Positions 26,168 to 35,176 are shown, counted from the first letter of the stretch. The stretch: 58,488 bases of DNA from an uncultured Bdellovibrio sp. (GCA_964490895.1 CAZBEI010000111.1:1-58488); one strand, 5' to 3'. Numbers and translations: made by a program. Notes: generated by a model not told the origin, from the letters alone.

Positions 26168-26893
26168 TTAATGGACTAAAGTACCCACGGGTTCCCCGAG
26201 GACTACTTTTTTTAAGTTTCCACGGACATTCAAATTAAATACGATAATCGGAAGTTGGTTGTCCATGCAAAGTGAAATGGCTGTAGAATCCATGATTTTT
26301 AATTTTTTTCTCAGGACATCAATATATTTTAACTCTGGCAATAGCTTCGCGTTAGGATGGGTGTCCGGATCAGAGTCAAAAACTCCATCTACTTTAGTGG
26401 CTTTGATGACCACTTCGGATCCGACTTCCATCGCTCTTAAGGCAGCCGCTGTATCTGTTGTGAAATAAGGATTTCCCGTGCCTGCTCCAAATATGACAAT
26501 TCTATTTTTTTCTAAATGCCGGACCGCTCGACGACGGATGTAAGGTTCTGCAAGTTCTTGCATTTCGATGGCGGATTGCACTCGGGTGTTTACTTTTTCG
26601 TGCTCCAAAGCGTCTTGGAGAGCAAGGGAGTTTAGTACGGTGGCCAGCATTCCCATATAATCTGCGCTCGACCGATCCATACCCTTGGTGGCGCCTTTGA
26701 TCCCACGAAAAATATTGCCTCCGCCTAGAACAATTCCAGTTTGCACACCCAGGGTATGAATTTCTTTGATTTCTTTTGCAAGAATTTTTAGATAGTCATT
26801 GTCAATTCCATAGCCTAGTTCTCCCGCTAAGGCCTCTCCCGATAATTTTAAGAGAACTCGTTTGTAAGGATGGGTGCGCCTTTTTGCTTTCAT
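26168..26893 (-). CDS. pyrH: UMP kinase
   Basis: Motifs [11 protein letters not shown] and GGGNIFRG. Conserved tsf-pyrH-frr order. Confidence 0.95.
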   Translation of the reverse strand: MKAKRRTHPYKRVLLKLSGEALAGELGYGIDNDYLKILAKEIKEIHTLGVQTGIVLGGGNIFRGIKGATKGMDRSSADYMGMLATVLNSLALQDALEHEKVNTRVQSAIEMQELAEPYIRRRAVRHLEKNRIVIFGAGTGNPYFTTDTAAALRAMEVGSEVVIKATKVDGVFDSDPDTHPNAKLLPELKYIDVLRKKLKIMDSTAISLCMDNQLPIIVFNLNVRGNLKKVVLGEPVGTLVH

Positions 26894-27495
26894 TGCCCAA
26901 TCCCTTCTCCTAAAAGGTATCGTGTAAATCGCCGAATCGAAATATTTTCACCCAAAAGAGCAATGGATTCTTTTAAAAGCTGTTCCACTGACTTGCTGGG
27001 ATCTTTAATGAAGGCCTGATTGAGCAAACAATTGTCATCCTGAAATTTTTTGATCTTACCTTCCACAATTTTTTCTAAAACAGGTTGTGGTTTCCCAGTG
27101 TCTTTTATTTGGGCCAACGCAATTTCTTTTTCCTTTGTGAGAACGTGTTCAGGAACCTCAAGGCTTGAGACCCACTGGGGATTGGCAGCGGCAATCTGCA
27201 TCATAATATCCTTTACCAATTGGCGGAATTGCTCAGTTCGAGCTACAAAGTCAGTCTCGCAATTGATCTCCAGCAAAACACCCACTCTCCCCTCGCCATG
27301 GATGTAAGAGCTCACTGCTCCCTCTTTTGTAATGCGCCCAGATTTTTTGGATGCAGCTGCGATGCCTTTTTTCCTTAGATATTCGATGGCTTTTTCAAAG
27401 TCGCCCTGAGTCTCTGACAAGGCTCTTTTGCAATCCATCATCCCTGCCCCCGTTTTTTCACGAAGTTCTTTGACTTGATTAGCTGAAATTTCCAT
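26890..27495 (-). CDS. tsf: Elongation factor Ts (short form)
   Basis: Motifs [19 protein letters not shown] and NCETDFVA. 201 aa. Confidence 0.9.
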   Translation of the reverse strand: MEISANQVKELREKTGAGMMDCKRALSETQGDFEKAIEYLRKKGIAAASKKSGRITKEGAVSSYIHGEGRVGVLLEINCETDFVARTEQFRQLVKDIMMQIAAANPQWVSSLEVPEHVLTKEKEIALAQIKDTGKPQPVLEKIVEGKIKKFQDDNCLLNQAFIKDPSKSVEQLLKESIALLGENISIRRFTRYLLGEGIGQ

Positions 27496-27497
27496 GG

Positions 27498-28427
27498 CTA
27501 CTCCTTTACAGTTTTGAGCACAGTTCCAGGGATAGTTCCAGGCTTGGTTTCGGCAATTGCACCTTCGACATCTTTTTCGGGAGTTTCAAGTTCTTTAGCT
27601 TCTTCGGCCTCGAGATCTGCTTCGTCAATACCCTGAAGATCAATGTCACCTTCGAACCGAGACACTTTCTTTTCAGTTTCAAGAGCAGTTTCTTCTTTTG
27701 CAACAACCACAGGAGCTTTCTCGCGAGAGGTCAGTTTTTCTTGATACATTTTAGCACCTTCGAGACAGCTATCTGCAATAAGTTTTACAAAAAGTCTGAC
27801 ACTACGAATGGCGTCGTCATTTCCAGGAATAACATAATTGATGTCCGATGGATCACAATTGGTGTCCACAACCGCAATCGTTGGAATCCCTAACTTTTTA
27901 GCTTCCTTGATCGCAATGTGTTCTTTCTCAGTGTCGACAATAAAAAGAGCTCCTGGGAGTTTTTTCATTTCTTCGATTCCACCCAAAGATTTTTTTAATT
28001 TTTCAAGTTCATGATCTAAACGAGATTGTTCTTTTTTTGAGGTCTCATTCCACTCGGGGGAGGCTTTTTGCGCTTCGATTTTTTTAAGTCGATCAATAGA
28101 GGCTCTCACAGTTTGATAGTTGGTGAGCATCCCGCCCAACCAACGGTTGCTCACATAATACATATTGGATCTTTTGGCTTCTTCTTCGATGATGTCTTTG
28201 GCTTGCTTTTTAGTGCCCACAAAAAGGATTTTTTTCCCTTCCGCAGTCACTTGGACCGCAAATTGAGAGGCCGCTTTGGCTTGAGACACCGTTTTTTGGA
28301 GATCAATAATATAAATTCCATTTCTAGCTCCAAACACATAGGGTTTCATTTTTGGATTCCAGCGACGAGTTTGATGTCCAAAGTGGACTCCAGCTTCTAA
28401 AAGTTCCTTCATGGCAATAATCGGCAT
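27498..28427 (-). CDS. rpsB: 30S ribosomal protein S2 with acidic C-terminal extension
   Basis: Motifs [19 protein letters not shown] and VDTNCDP. About 70-aa E/D-rich tail. Confidence 0.95.
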   Translation of the reverse strand: MPIIAMKELLEAGVHFGHQTRRWNPKMKPYVFGARNGIYIIDLQKTVSQAKAASQFAVQVTAEGKKILFVGTKKQAKDIIEEEAKRSNMYYVSNRWLGGMLTNYQTVRASIDRLKKIEAQKASPEWNETSKKEQSRLDHELEKLKKSLGGIEEMKKLPGALFIVDTEKEHIAIKEAKKLGIPTIAVVDTNCDPSDINYVIPGNDDAIRSVRLFVKLIADSCLEGAKMYQEKLTSREKAPVVVAKEETALETEKKVSRFEGDIDLQGIDEADLEAEEAKELETPEKDVEGAIAETKPGTIPGTVLKTVKE

Positions 28428-28665
28428 TGACGTTACTCCTATTCTGTTTGTGGTGATAGTGGCACGGGTACCCGGTAGATTCTGCTGAAAAAAGCACAGA
28501 TGACCGCAGTTCTGGAAATTTTGAATTTCCCCTCCACCTCAACGAGACTGGGTTTTTACTCCCAGCCACCACGTTACTCGAAGTGTGCGTATTAGAGCCT
28601 AAGTACTAAAGTTTTTTGTAAAACACTACCAAATAATGTAATGAGTTCTATGGAGAGGGGAAAGT

Positions 28666-29679
28666 ATGACCATTCAAGCCATTACCTTTGATGATGTCCT
28701 ATTGGTGCCAGCCTACAATCACTACGAATCGAGGAGGATGGTAGATACCTCCATTGTAGACAAATCAGGGAAGTTAAAACTGGGATTGCCTCTTTTAACT
28801 TCAAATATGGACACCATTACGGAAAGCGAAATGGCCAATTTCGTGGGTAGCAAAGGCGGGATGGGTGCCCTCCATCGGTTTTTGTCTGTGGAGAGAAATG
28901 TAGAGGAACTTAAAAAGTGCAAATACCCTGTGTTTGTGTCCATCGGATGTTCTGAAAAAGATTTAGAGCGAGCAGAGGCTTTGAGGTCGGCTGGAGCTCA
29001 GTATTACTGCATTGATGTAGCTCATGCTCACGCCAAATATGTGGGCAAAACTTTGAAGCGCTTAAGGGACATGCTCCCTGAAGCGTGTATTTTAGCAGGC
29101 AATGTGGCCACTTATGCAGGTGCGGATTACCTGGCCTCTTGTGGAGCAGATCTCATCAAGGTAGGGATCGGCGGGGGCTCTGTTTGCAGTACACGAATTA
29201 AAACAGGATTTGGGGTTCCAATGATCACTTCGCTTCAAGAGTGCACTCGAGTCGATCGATCGATTGTTGCAGATGGTGGGATCAGGACTTCTGGAGACAT
29301 TGTAAAGGCGCTCGCCTTTGGAGCAGATTTTGTCATGGTGGGAGGATTGCTTGCGGGGACTCGGCCCACGCCAGGAGCCGTCATCACAAAAAGTGATGGC
29401 AAAAAAGTCAAAGAATACCGCGGAATGGCCTCTCGCGAAGCTCAGGAAGATTTTATGGGTGTGATGCCTGACTGGAAAACTGCAGAGGGAGTTGCGGTCG
29501 AAGTGCCTTACCGCGAAGACCATGAAGCGATTTTGGCTGACTTGATTGGAGGCTTGCGTTCTGGACTCACCTATGGAGGGGCAGCTACAATCCGAGAACT
29601 CCAAAGAAAACTCAACTATATGGTGATTTCCGAATCTTCTCGCGTTGAGAGCTTGCCACATAAAATGCTGAGTTTGTAA
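28666..29679 (+). CDS. IMPDH/GMP-reductase family enzyme lacking a CBS insert (GMP reductase-like)
   Basis: Catalytic loop [11 protein letters not shown]. Motifs [10 protein letters not shown] and VMVGGLLAG. 337 aa with no CBS pair. Confidence 0.7.
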   Translation: MTIQAITFDDVLLVPAYNHYESRRMVDTSIVDKSGKLKLGLPLLTSNMDTITESEMANFVGSKGGMGALHRFLSVERNVEELKKCKYPVFVSIGCSEKDLERAEALRSAGAQYYCIDVAHAHAKYVGKTLKRLRDMLPEACILAGNVATYAGADYLASCGADLIKVGIGGGSVCSTRIKTGFGVPMITSLQECTRVDRSIVADGGIRTSGDIVKALAFGADFVMVGGLLAGTRPTPGAVITKSDGKKVKEYRGMASREAQEDFMGVMPDWKTAEGVAVEVPYREDHEAILADLIGGLRSGLTYGGAATIRELQRKLNYMVISESSRVESLPHKMLSL

Positions 29680-30752
29680 ATTTCCTCAAGCGCTTTCACC
29701 GTATTGCGAGCATCCCAGTTTTTTCTAACGTGCTCTAAAGCGTTTTTAGAAATTTTCGAACAGAGTGCGGGATCTTGTGCCAATGAAAGAATTTTGTCAG
29801 ACAAATCTTGAGCGTCTCGTGGATTAAAAAATAAACCATTCACGCCGTCTTCGATAATATCTAAAGGACCTCCCTCGCGAGGAGCAACAGGAACCCTCCC
29901 CACGGCCATGGCCTCAATGAGAGTCAATCCAAACCCCTCTGGCGTTCGTGATGCAGAGACAATGGCGTCCATCTCACTCATTTTTTTGAGCGGCTCCGAA
30001 GTTTCGCCTATAAAAGTAACTGGACTTTGCAATTCATGGGCCTTATTTTGCAAATCCCCTTGCACTGAACTACGACTCACCACCGGAACTCCTCCAAAAA
30101 TAAAACCTTTTATTTTTTTGTTTTTGAGGTTTGCCAATGCTTCAATAAAAAGATCGATACCCTTTTGAGAGTTGAGCCTCCCAAAAATCCCAACTCTAAA
30201 TTCCGGATTTTTTTGAGCATTGAGGGGTGGGACTTTTTCAAAATCCACGCCCAGACTAATCAGATACATCTGACGATGGGGGACAAAAAAATATTTCTTC
30301 TCAAACCCACTTTGAGCCTTCAGCGTGTATCGAGAGTTTACTAAAATACCTTTTGCAGGAAGCACATGTGCCAAGCAATCCATCCACCCTGACACAGGCC
30401 CATGCTGAAACCACAGGTGAGGGATTTTTTCTCTCCATGCCGCTAAAGCCCCAAATAAAGCACCATAGGCCATCGTAGAGTGTACGAGGTCTATTTTTTC
30501 CTCTCGGATGATGGATCTTAGCCAGAAGATCACTTTGAAAAAACTCAAGGGGTGGCTCAATCGAAAAGAAAAAGGATAGACATATACTTTTATACCAGAA
30601 ATTTTTTGGAGTTCTTCTTGTAAGGGCCCCTTTCGCAGCAGGCAATAAACTGGAGAAAAATTTTCTCGATCATGAAATCCGGCCGTATGCCCAACAAAAG
30701 CTTCTGCCCCACCCCATCCCGCAGAAGGAACAATGTATAAGATTTGAAGCAT
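29616..30752 (-). CDS. Glycosyltransferase family 4 (GT-B fold)
   Basis: N-terminal PSAGWGGAE. C-terminal EGFGLTLIEAMA (the E-x7-E region). Confidence 0.8.
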   Translation of the reverse strand: MLQILYIVPSAGWGGAEAFVGHTAGFHDRENFSPVYCLLRKGPLQEELQKISGIKVYVYPFSFRLSHPLSFFKVIFWLRSIIREEKIDLVHSTMAYGALFGALAAWREKIPHLWFQHGPVSGWMDCLAHVLPAKGILVNSRYTLKAQSGFEKKYFFVPHRQMYLISLGVDFEKVPPLNAQKNPEFRVGIFGRLNSQKGIDLFIEALANLKNKKIKGFIFGGVPVVSRSSVQGDLQNKAHELQSPVTFIGETSEPLKKMSEMDAIVSASRTPEGFGLTLIEAMAVGRVPVAPREGGPLDIIEDGVNGLFFNPRDAQDLSDKILSLAQDPALCSKISKNALEHVRKNWDARNTVKALEEIYKLSILCGKLSTREDSEITI

Positions 30753-30777
30753 GGATCATTTGATTGTATCCGACAGA

Positions 30778-31146
30778 TCAAAGAAACACACGGTAATCAA
30801 GACCAAAGACCTTGGCAAATTTTTTGGCCAGGGCTTTTCCAACCAAACGTTGTCCAGTTTCAATCTGTGAGACGTTTGCCTGTGGCATGCCCAACTTTTG
30901 AGCCAGTTCGACTTGAGTCATATCCATACGCTCTCTAGAAATGCGAACCATATATGCAGCTTCACCTCCTGCACTCTTCATTCGCCCTTTCGCCAACTCA
31001 CGCCAAGGGATTGATTTTTCACGATAATCGTCCAAGGAAACAATAATTGCATTGAGTTTAGACGCAGGCACATCCTTAAAGCGAAGCACTTCGTCAGCCG
31101 TTCTTACTTCTATTTCAATAGGGTGCTTTTTCATGCGTACCAACAT
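30778..31146 (-). CDS. Type II antitoxin with C-terminal XRE-family HTH (HigA-like position)
   Basis: HTH MTQVELAQKLGMPQANVSQIETGQR. ATG at 31146 is preceded by GAGG with 6-nt spacing. Overlaps the toxin 3' end. Confidence 0.75.
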   Translation of the reverse strand: MLVRMKKHPIEIEVRTADEVLRFKDVPASKLNAIIVSLDDYREKSIPWRELAKGRMKSAGGEAAYMVRISRERMDMTQVELAQKLGMPQANVSQIETGQRLVGKALAKKFAKVFGLDYRVFL

Positions 31147-31402
31147 AATAAACCTCAATCAAGCGAATCTCATTATCCTTCACTTCCCAACAAGCTACAT
31201 AAGTCGGTCGTCCTGACTTAATATGGCAATGAAAGAGTTTCGTGGTTCTAGTCCTCTTTAGCCTTCCAAAATTTTTCCAGTTGGCCCTCATGGGTCCGGC
31301 AGTTTCTAATTCCTTGGCCAATAAATCAAACTGCCCCTGGATCTGCAGAGGCAGTTTTTCTAGTTGTTTTGCTGCTTTTCTGGCGACATTCACTGTCCAC
31401 AT
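31115..31402 (-). CDS. Type II toxin, RelE/ParE superfamily (toxin-first, HigB-like arrangement)
   Basis: 95 aa. C-terminal HCHIKSGRPTYVACWEVKDNEIRLIEVYYVGTHEKAPY is typical of RelE-fold mRNA interferases. Confidence 0.7.
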   Translation of the reverse strand: MWTVNVARKAAKQLEKLPLQIQGQFDLLAKELETAGPMRANWKNFGRLKRTRTTKLFHCHIKSGRPTYVACWEVKDNEIRLIEVYYVGTHEKAPY

Positions 31403-31407
31403 ATAAA

Positions 31408-31434
31408 ATTATATCAATTTATGAAATATGTCAA
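31408..31434 (-). promoter_or_regulatory. Candidate sigma-70 promoter of the TA operon (leaderless geometry)
   Basis: On the minus strand: TTGACA, 15 nt, TATAAT, 5 nt, ATG. Confidence 0.4.
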
Positions 31435-31453
31435 ATTTAGATATATCATACCT

Positions 31454-32752
31454 TTATCTATCCGATTTTTTTCGTTTTATCCCCGGAATTTTATGGCGTT
31501 TGAGCATTTCAAACAAAGTGCTTCGAGCGATTCCTAAAATATCAGCCGCATCGGCTCGATTTCCCTCTGATAACTTTAAGGCCTTTACTATAAGCACTCG
31601 CTCCATCTCAGCTAATGTCAACACGGCTCCAGTCAACCCCAACTCTGGCGAATCTTGCACAGACTCTGAATTTACCAAAAACTCAAACGCATCTTGATTG
31701 AGCACAGGCACAAAGGGACCGGCTAGTGCACTGGCACGCTCAACGACATGCCGGAGCTCTCTCACATTTCCAGGCCAATAATGCGCCTTGAGCCTGAGCA
31801 GTGCCCTATAGGACAACATTTTGCCCAGTTCTGAGGCAAATTTTTTGGCCAGCAATTCGATGTCTTGAGGTCGGTCCCGAAGACTCGGAATCTGTAAAGT
31901 CACCGAAGTGAGCCTGTAGTAGAGATCTTGTCTAAATTTTTTTTCTGTCACCAATTTTTTTAGCGAAAGATTCGTCGCGCAGACAATCCTTACATCAGCA
32001 TGAATAACTTGATCTGATCCCACAGGTCTAATTTCGCCATCTTCTAAGAAGCGAAGCAGCTTGACTTGGATTTCGAGCGGCAAATCTCCGACTTCGTCCA
32101 AAAAAAGAGTACCCCCATGGGCTTGCAATAAAGCCCCTGGGCGGTGTGACACTGCACCCGTAAAAGCTCCCTTGGTGTGGCCAAAAAGCTCGCTTTCTAT
32201 AAGGCTCAAGGTGAGAGCCCCACAATGTAAAGGCACAAAAGCACTTCCACACCTTTTGCTCCAAGCATGGATGAGCCTTGCAATGACTTCTTTTCCAGTG
32301 CCTGTTTCGCCTGCAATATAAGTCGTAAGAGAAGTCGCAGCAGCTTTTTGGGTCATCCATAAAAACTCAGCGCCCTCTCGCGTCTGTGTCAGCCAAGGGC
32401 GAACACTGGAGGGAAATTCAGGCAGGGTTTTTTTAGATTCATGATTTTGCAAAACAAGAGTAGACTCCCCTAGCTTGAGTGGAACTCCAGGTGGCAAATG
32501 AGCTTCGCGAATCGTGAGATCCCCAAGTACTCCCCCTTGGACGTCGTCAAAGAGCTTAAACCAAAAAGGGGAGAGCAAAGTTCCACACTGCTTTTTCCAA
32601 AAAATTCCAACTTTATTGGGCAAAGTAGAATCTCGCAGTGGAATTTTTGAGCTTTCTTCTCGACCTAAAGTCATTTGACCTTTAGATTGCCTTAAACATA
32701 TGGTTCTCGTTTCGCCCGTCGGATCTTGAATTTTAATTTGCCAATTGGACAT
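31454..32752 (-). CDS. Sigma-54-dependent transcriptional activator (FHA-like N-terminus, AAA+ core, Fis-type HTH)
   Basis: Walker A GETGTGKEV. Motifs ESELFGHTKGAFTGA (intact GAFTGA) and GNVRELRHVVE. C-terminal AADILGIARSTLFEMLKRH. Start moved to ATG 32752. Confidence 0.9.
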   Translation of the reverse strand: MSNWQIKIQDPTGETRTICLRQSKGQMTLGREESSKIPLRDSTLPNKVGIFWKKQCGTLLSPFWFKLFDDVQGGVLGDLTIREAHLPPGVPLKLGESTLVLQNHESKKTLPEFPSSVRPWLTQTREGAEFLWMTQKAAATSLTTYIAGETGTGKEVIARLIHAWSKRCGSAFVPLHCGALTLSLIESELFGHTKGAFTGAVSHRPGALLQAHGGTLFLDEVGDLPLEIQVKLLRFLEDGEIRPVGSDQVIHADVRIVCATNLSLKKLVTEKKFRQDLYYRLTSVTLQIPSLRDRPQDIELLAKKFASELGKMLSYRALLRLKAHYWPGNVRELRHVVERASALAGPFVPVLNQDAFEFLVNSESVQDSPELGLTGAVLTLAEMERVLIVKALKLSEGNRADAADILGIARSTLFEMLKRHKIPGIKRKKSDR

Positions 32753-32865
32753 GATTGACTTACCTCTTGCATGAACACAGAGCAATTTGCGTACCCACAC
32801 GTTTGAGCTCATTTTTGGAGATCAAGTCGCCTAAAAGGTTCAGATTTATCCCATTTGGAATAAAT

Positions 32866-32895
32866 TTGAACCCTTAGGCAATTTAAAGCTATAAT
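32866..32895 (+). promoter_or_regulatory. Candidate sigma-70 promoter
   Basis: TTGAAC, 18 nt, TATAAT. The -10 box ends 12 nt before the ATG at 32908. Confidence 0.4.
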
Positions 32896-32907
32896 CATGG
32901 AATATAT

Positions 32908-33126
32908 ATGAGCAGACAGGTCTTATTTGCATTGACGATAGAAATCTTACTCATTTCCATTACGGTTTTTTTACTCTTACAACCCCGGTTTTTATTTCAA
33001 AAACAATCCAGCACAGTAAGGTCATTGGCCAAAAGCTTGGGTGGTGTTTTTTTGTGTTTTACTTTTTTTTGGTCAATGATTATGGGGTGTATTTTAGAGC
33101 TTAACTCCGTGAGATTTCATTTCTAA
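32908..33126 (+). CDS. Small two-TM membrane protein (hypothetical)
   Basis: 72 aa with two hydrophobic helices. Its stop is 1 nt before the ldcA start. Confidence 0.4.
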   Translation: MSRQVLFALTIEILLISITVFLLLQPRFLFQKQSSTVRSLAKSLGGVFLCFTFFWSMIMGCILELNSVRFHF

Positions 33127-33127
33127 T

Positions 33128-34051
33128 ATGCAAAAACCTTCGATCGGCATTGTTGCACCCGCCTCGGTTATTTCAAAAACCGAGCTCAAGCAAGGGTTAG
33201 AAAAATTACAAAAGGCTGGCTATTCTATAAAAGTCCATCCTTCTTGTTACAAAAAGCACCTCTTTTTTGCCGGTAATGACGCAATAAGAGCCAAAGCTTT
33301 TTACGAACAAGCAAAAAATAAATCTCTTTCTATCCTCTGGTGTGCTCGAGGCGGGTATGGAGCATTTCGATTGCTCCCTTGGCTAGAAAAAATGAGCCGC
33401 GATTATGGGATCCCTCCTAAAAAATTACTTATTGGATACTCAGACATTACGGCACTCCACGAATTTGTGCACTCCCGATGGGGCTGGAAGTGCTTGCATG
33501 CTCCCATGCCAGGACTCAAAGAGTTTTGTAATTTGAATAGCAAAGACTGGAAAACCCTTCGAGACCTGATCGAAGGAATAAAGTCTTGGACGCCTCAGAA
33601 ATTAAAATTCTTGACTCCGTCGCCCAAAGAAACTCTCACCGGGAAACTCACTGGGGGGAACCTTTCTGTTTTAGCTTCGCTGGCAGGCACACCCTACGCC
33701 CCTCGTCCCAATCCTGAGTTTTTATTTTTAGAAGAAGTGAGTGAGCCTTTTTACAAAATAGATCGCATGGCACAGCAACTTTTGTCGTCTGGATACTTTA
33801 GAAATGCCAAAGCCATACTTCTTGGGAATTTTTTCGATTGCAAAGACAAAATCAGCCAGCCTTCTTTGAGGCCGCTTCTCTCCCCTCAAAACGCCTTGAG
33901 AGAAATATTTGGGTCTATTGGAAAATGCTTAAACATCCCAGTCGCCCATGGACTCCCCGTGGGGCATGGTCCCAAAAACTACCCTTTACCTCTGGGTGTG
34001 CCCTATCAGCTTACCCCACATGGGGAACTCAAATTTTTAGATTGGAAATAA
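33128..34051 (+). CDS. ldcA: LD-carboxypeptidase (peptidase S66, muramoyltetrapeptide carboxypeptidase)
   Basis: Motifs ARGGYG and nucleophile GYSDITALH. C-terminal GLPVGHG. Confidence 0.85.
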   Translation: MQKPSIGIVAPASVISKTELKQGLEKLQKAGYSIKVHPSCYKKHLFFAGNDAIRAKAFYEQAKNKSLSILWCARGGYGAFRLLPWLEKMSRDYGIPPKKLLIGYSDITALHEFVHSRWGWKCLHAPMPGLKEFCNLNSKDWKTLRDLIEGIKSWTPQKLKFLTPSPKETLTGKLTGGNLSVLASLAGTPYAPRPNPEFLFLEEVSEPFYKIDRMAQQLLSSGYFRNAKAILLGNFFDCKDKISQPSLRPLLSPQNALREIFGSIGKCLNIPVAHGLPVGHGPKNYPLPLGVPYQLTPHGELKFLDWK

Positions 34052-34077
34052 GAACGATAAACGTTAAAAAGCGGTGT

Positions 34078-34161
34078 GGCTTCCTGGCGGAATTGGTAGA
34101 CGCGCACGACTCAAAATCGTGTATCCTTACGGGTGTGAGAGTTCGATTCTCTCGGAAGCCA
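34078..34161 (+). tRNA. tRNA-Leu (anticodon CAA), class II with long variable arm; CCA not encoded
   Basis: Manual fold: acceptor GGCTTCC/GGAAGCC; D arm GCG-GAATTGGTAGA-CGC; anticodon stem CACGA/TCGTG with loop CTCAAAA; 15-nt variable arm; T arm GAGAG-TTCGATT-CTCTC; discriminator A. Confidence 0.9.
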
Positions 34162-34182
34162 TTAGTAACACCCCCACTCCAT

Positions 34183-34211
34183 TTGACAATGATTGGCACT
34201 TAAATTATGCT
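34183..34211 (+). promoter_or_regulatory. Candidate sigma-70 promoter (leaderless geometry)
   Basis: TTGACA, 17 nt, TATGCT. The -10 box ends 7 nt before the ATG at 34219 (MKTIIF...). Confidence 0.45.
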
Positions 34212-35163
34212 GCGCTGCATGAAAACGATAATTTTTGCTCTTATTTTTTCGTCCTCTCCCCTCTTTGCCAATCCTCCTAAAGACACCTACCCAGTGGGTT
34301 GTTTTGAGGAAGCAATGCTTAAATCAGATTCACTCTCTTATCCCCAAGCTGCGATCTTATGTGCCAACTCTCCTTACATGACAGAACCTGTTCAGTGTTT
34401 TTTGAAAGCTTTGCCTGCTGTAGGCGAAGCCACTTCATTCCCTAAGTTCCTTAAAAATGATGATATTTCAAAACACGCTGCTCTTTTATGTTCAGGAGCT
34501 GCCTCGGATGCCCCTATTGAATGCTTTAATGCTGTAACTAAAGATCTCAGTGTAAAAGAAGCTGCAATGCTTTGTTCTGGAAGCACTTCTCAGAAGCCCA
34601 TTGCCTGTTTTAACGAAGCTCAAAAACTTAAAAAATGGTATAAAAATCACTTTGATGTAATCACAGCACACTTATGCTCTAAAGCGGAGTCTCTTGCCCC
34701 TGCAGTGTGTTTTAAGGCTGCTATAGAAACAAAACTCAGTATAAAAGACGCAGCCGTTCTTTGCTCAGGAGCAAGCTCTGATGCACCTCTCAAATGTTTT
34801 AGAGCCGCCAAGAAAGAATTGGATCTCTACGATAAAGAAGCTGCAAACCTCTGCTCTAAAGCCAAATCTCTTGCCCCGATAGATTGCTATACAAAAGCCG
34901 ATTCCGAGCTCTTGGATTCTGAACGTGCTCTTTTGTGCTCAGGCGCCGCTTCTGATAAACCCATCCAATGCTTTGAAAAAGCCAATCCCAACTCTCCCTT
35001 TTCTAATCATACGGCCTATCTTTGCGCTGGAGCACAATCGACCAAACCTGCTTCTTGCTATAAAACGATGGCTAGTGGAAAATTCCTTTCCTTATGGGCT
35101 GCAGCCCTCTGCTCAGAATTGGGTGGACTCATCAGCTTCGAAATGTTGCAACAAGTGAAGTAA
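34207..35163 (+). CDS. Secreted cysteine-repeat protein (about 9 LC-x10-C[FY] repeats)
   Basis: Signal peptide MKTIIFALIFSSSPLFA, so the likely start is 34219. Repeated motif AA-x-LCSGA-x-S-x-x-P-[IL]-x-CF. No family recognised. Confidence 0.7.
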   Translation: MLRCMKTIIFALIFSSSPLFANPPKDTYPVGCFEEAMLKSDSLSYPQAAILCANSPYMTEPVQCFLKALPAVGEATSFPKFLKNDDISKHAALLCSGAASDAPIECFNAVTKDLSVKEAAMLCSGSTSQKPIACFNEAQKLKKWYKNHFDVITAHLCSKAESLAPAVCFKAAIETKLSIKDAAVLCSGASSDAPLKCFRAAKKELDLYDKEAANLCSKAKSLAPIDCYTKADSELLDSERALLCSGAASDKPIQCFEKANPNSPFSNHTAYLCAGAQSTKPASCYKTMASGKFLSLWAAALCSELGGLISFEMLQQVK

Positions 35164-35176
35164 ATCGTTTTATAAT

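Noticed and set aside
28460-28476. TGGCAC hexamer in the rpsB / guaC-like intergenic region
   Set aside because: There is no TTGC element at the -12 position (TGGCAC-gggta-CCCGG). The hexamer is part of the CGGGTACCCG palindrome instead.
29092-29661. 189-aa ORF antisense to the GMP-reductase-like gene
   Set aside because: It lies entirely inside a well-supported CDS on the other strand. The sequence is low-complexity and Ser/Arg/Cys-rich with no motif. This is a typical shadow ORF.
33838-34203. 121-aa plus-strand ORF spanning the ldcA 3' end and the tRNA
   Set aside because: It overlaps the real ldcA frame and runs through the tRNA-Leu gene, so it is not coding.
34194-34210. TGGCAC hexamer suggesting a sigma-54 promoter before the Cys-repeat gene
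   Set aside because: The downstream element reads TTATGC, giving GG-N12-GC rather than GG-N10-GC. The predicted +1 would also fall inside the coding sequence. A sigma-70 TTGACA-17-TATGCT promoter fits better.
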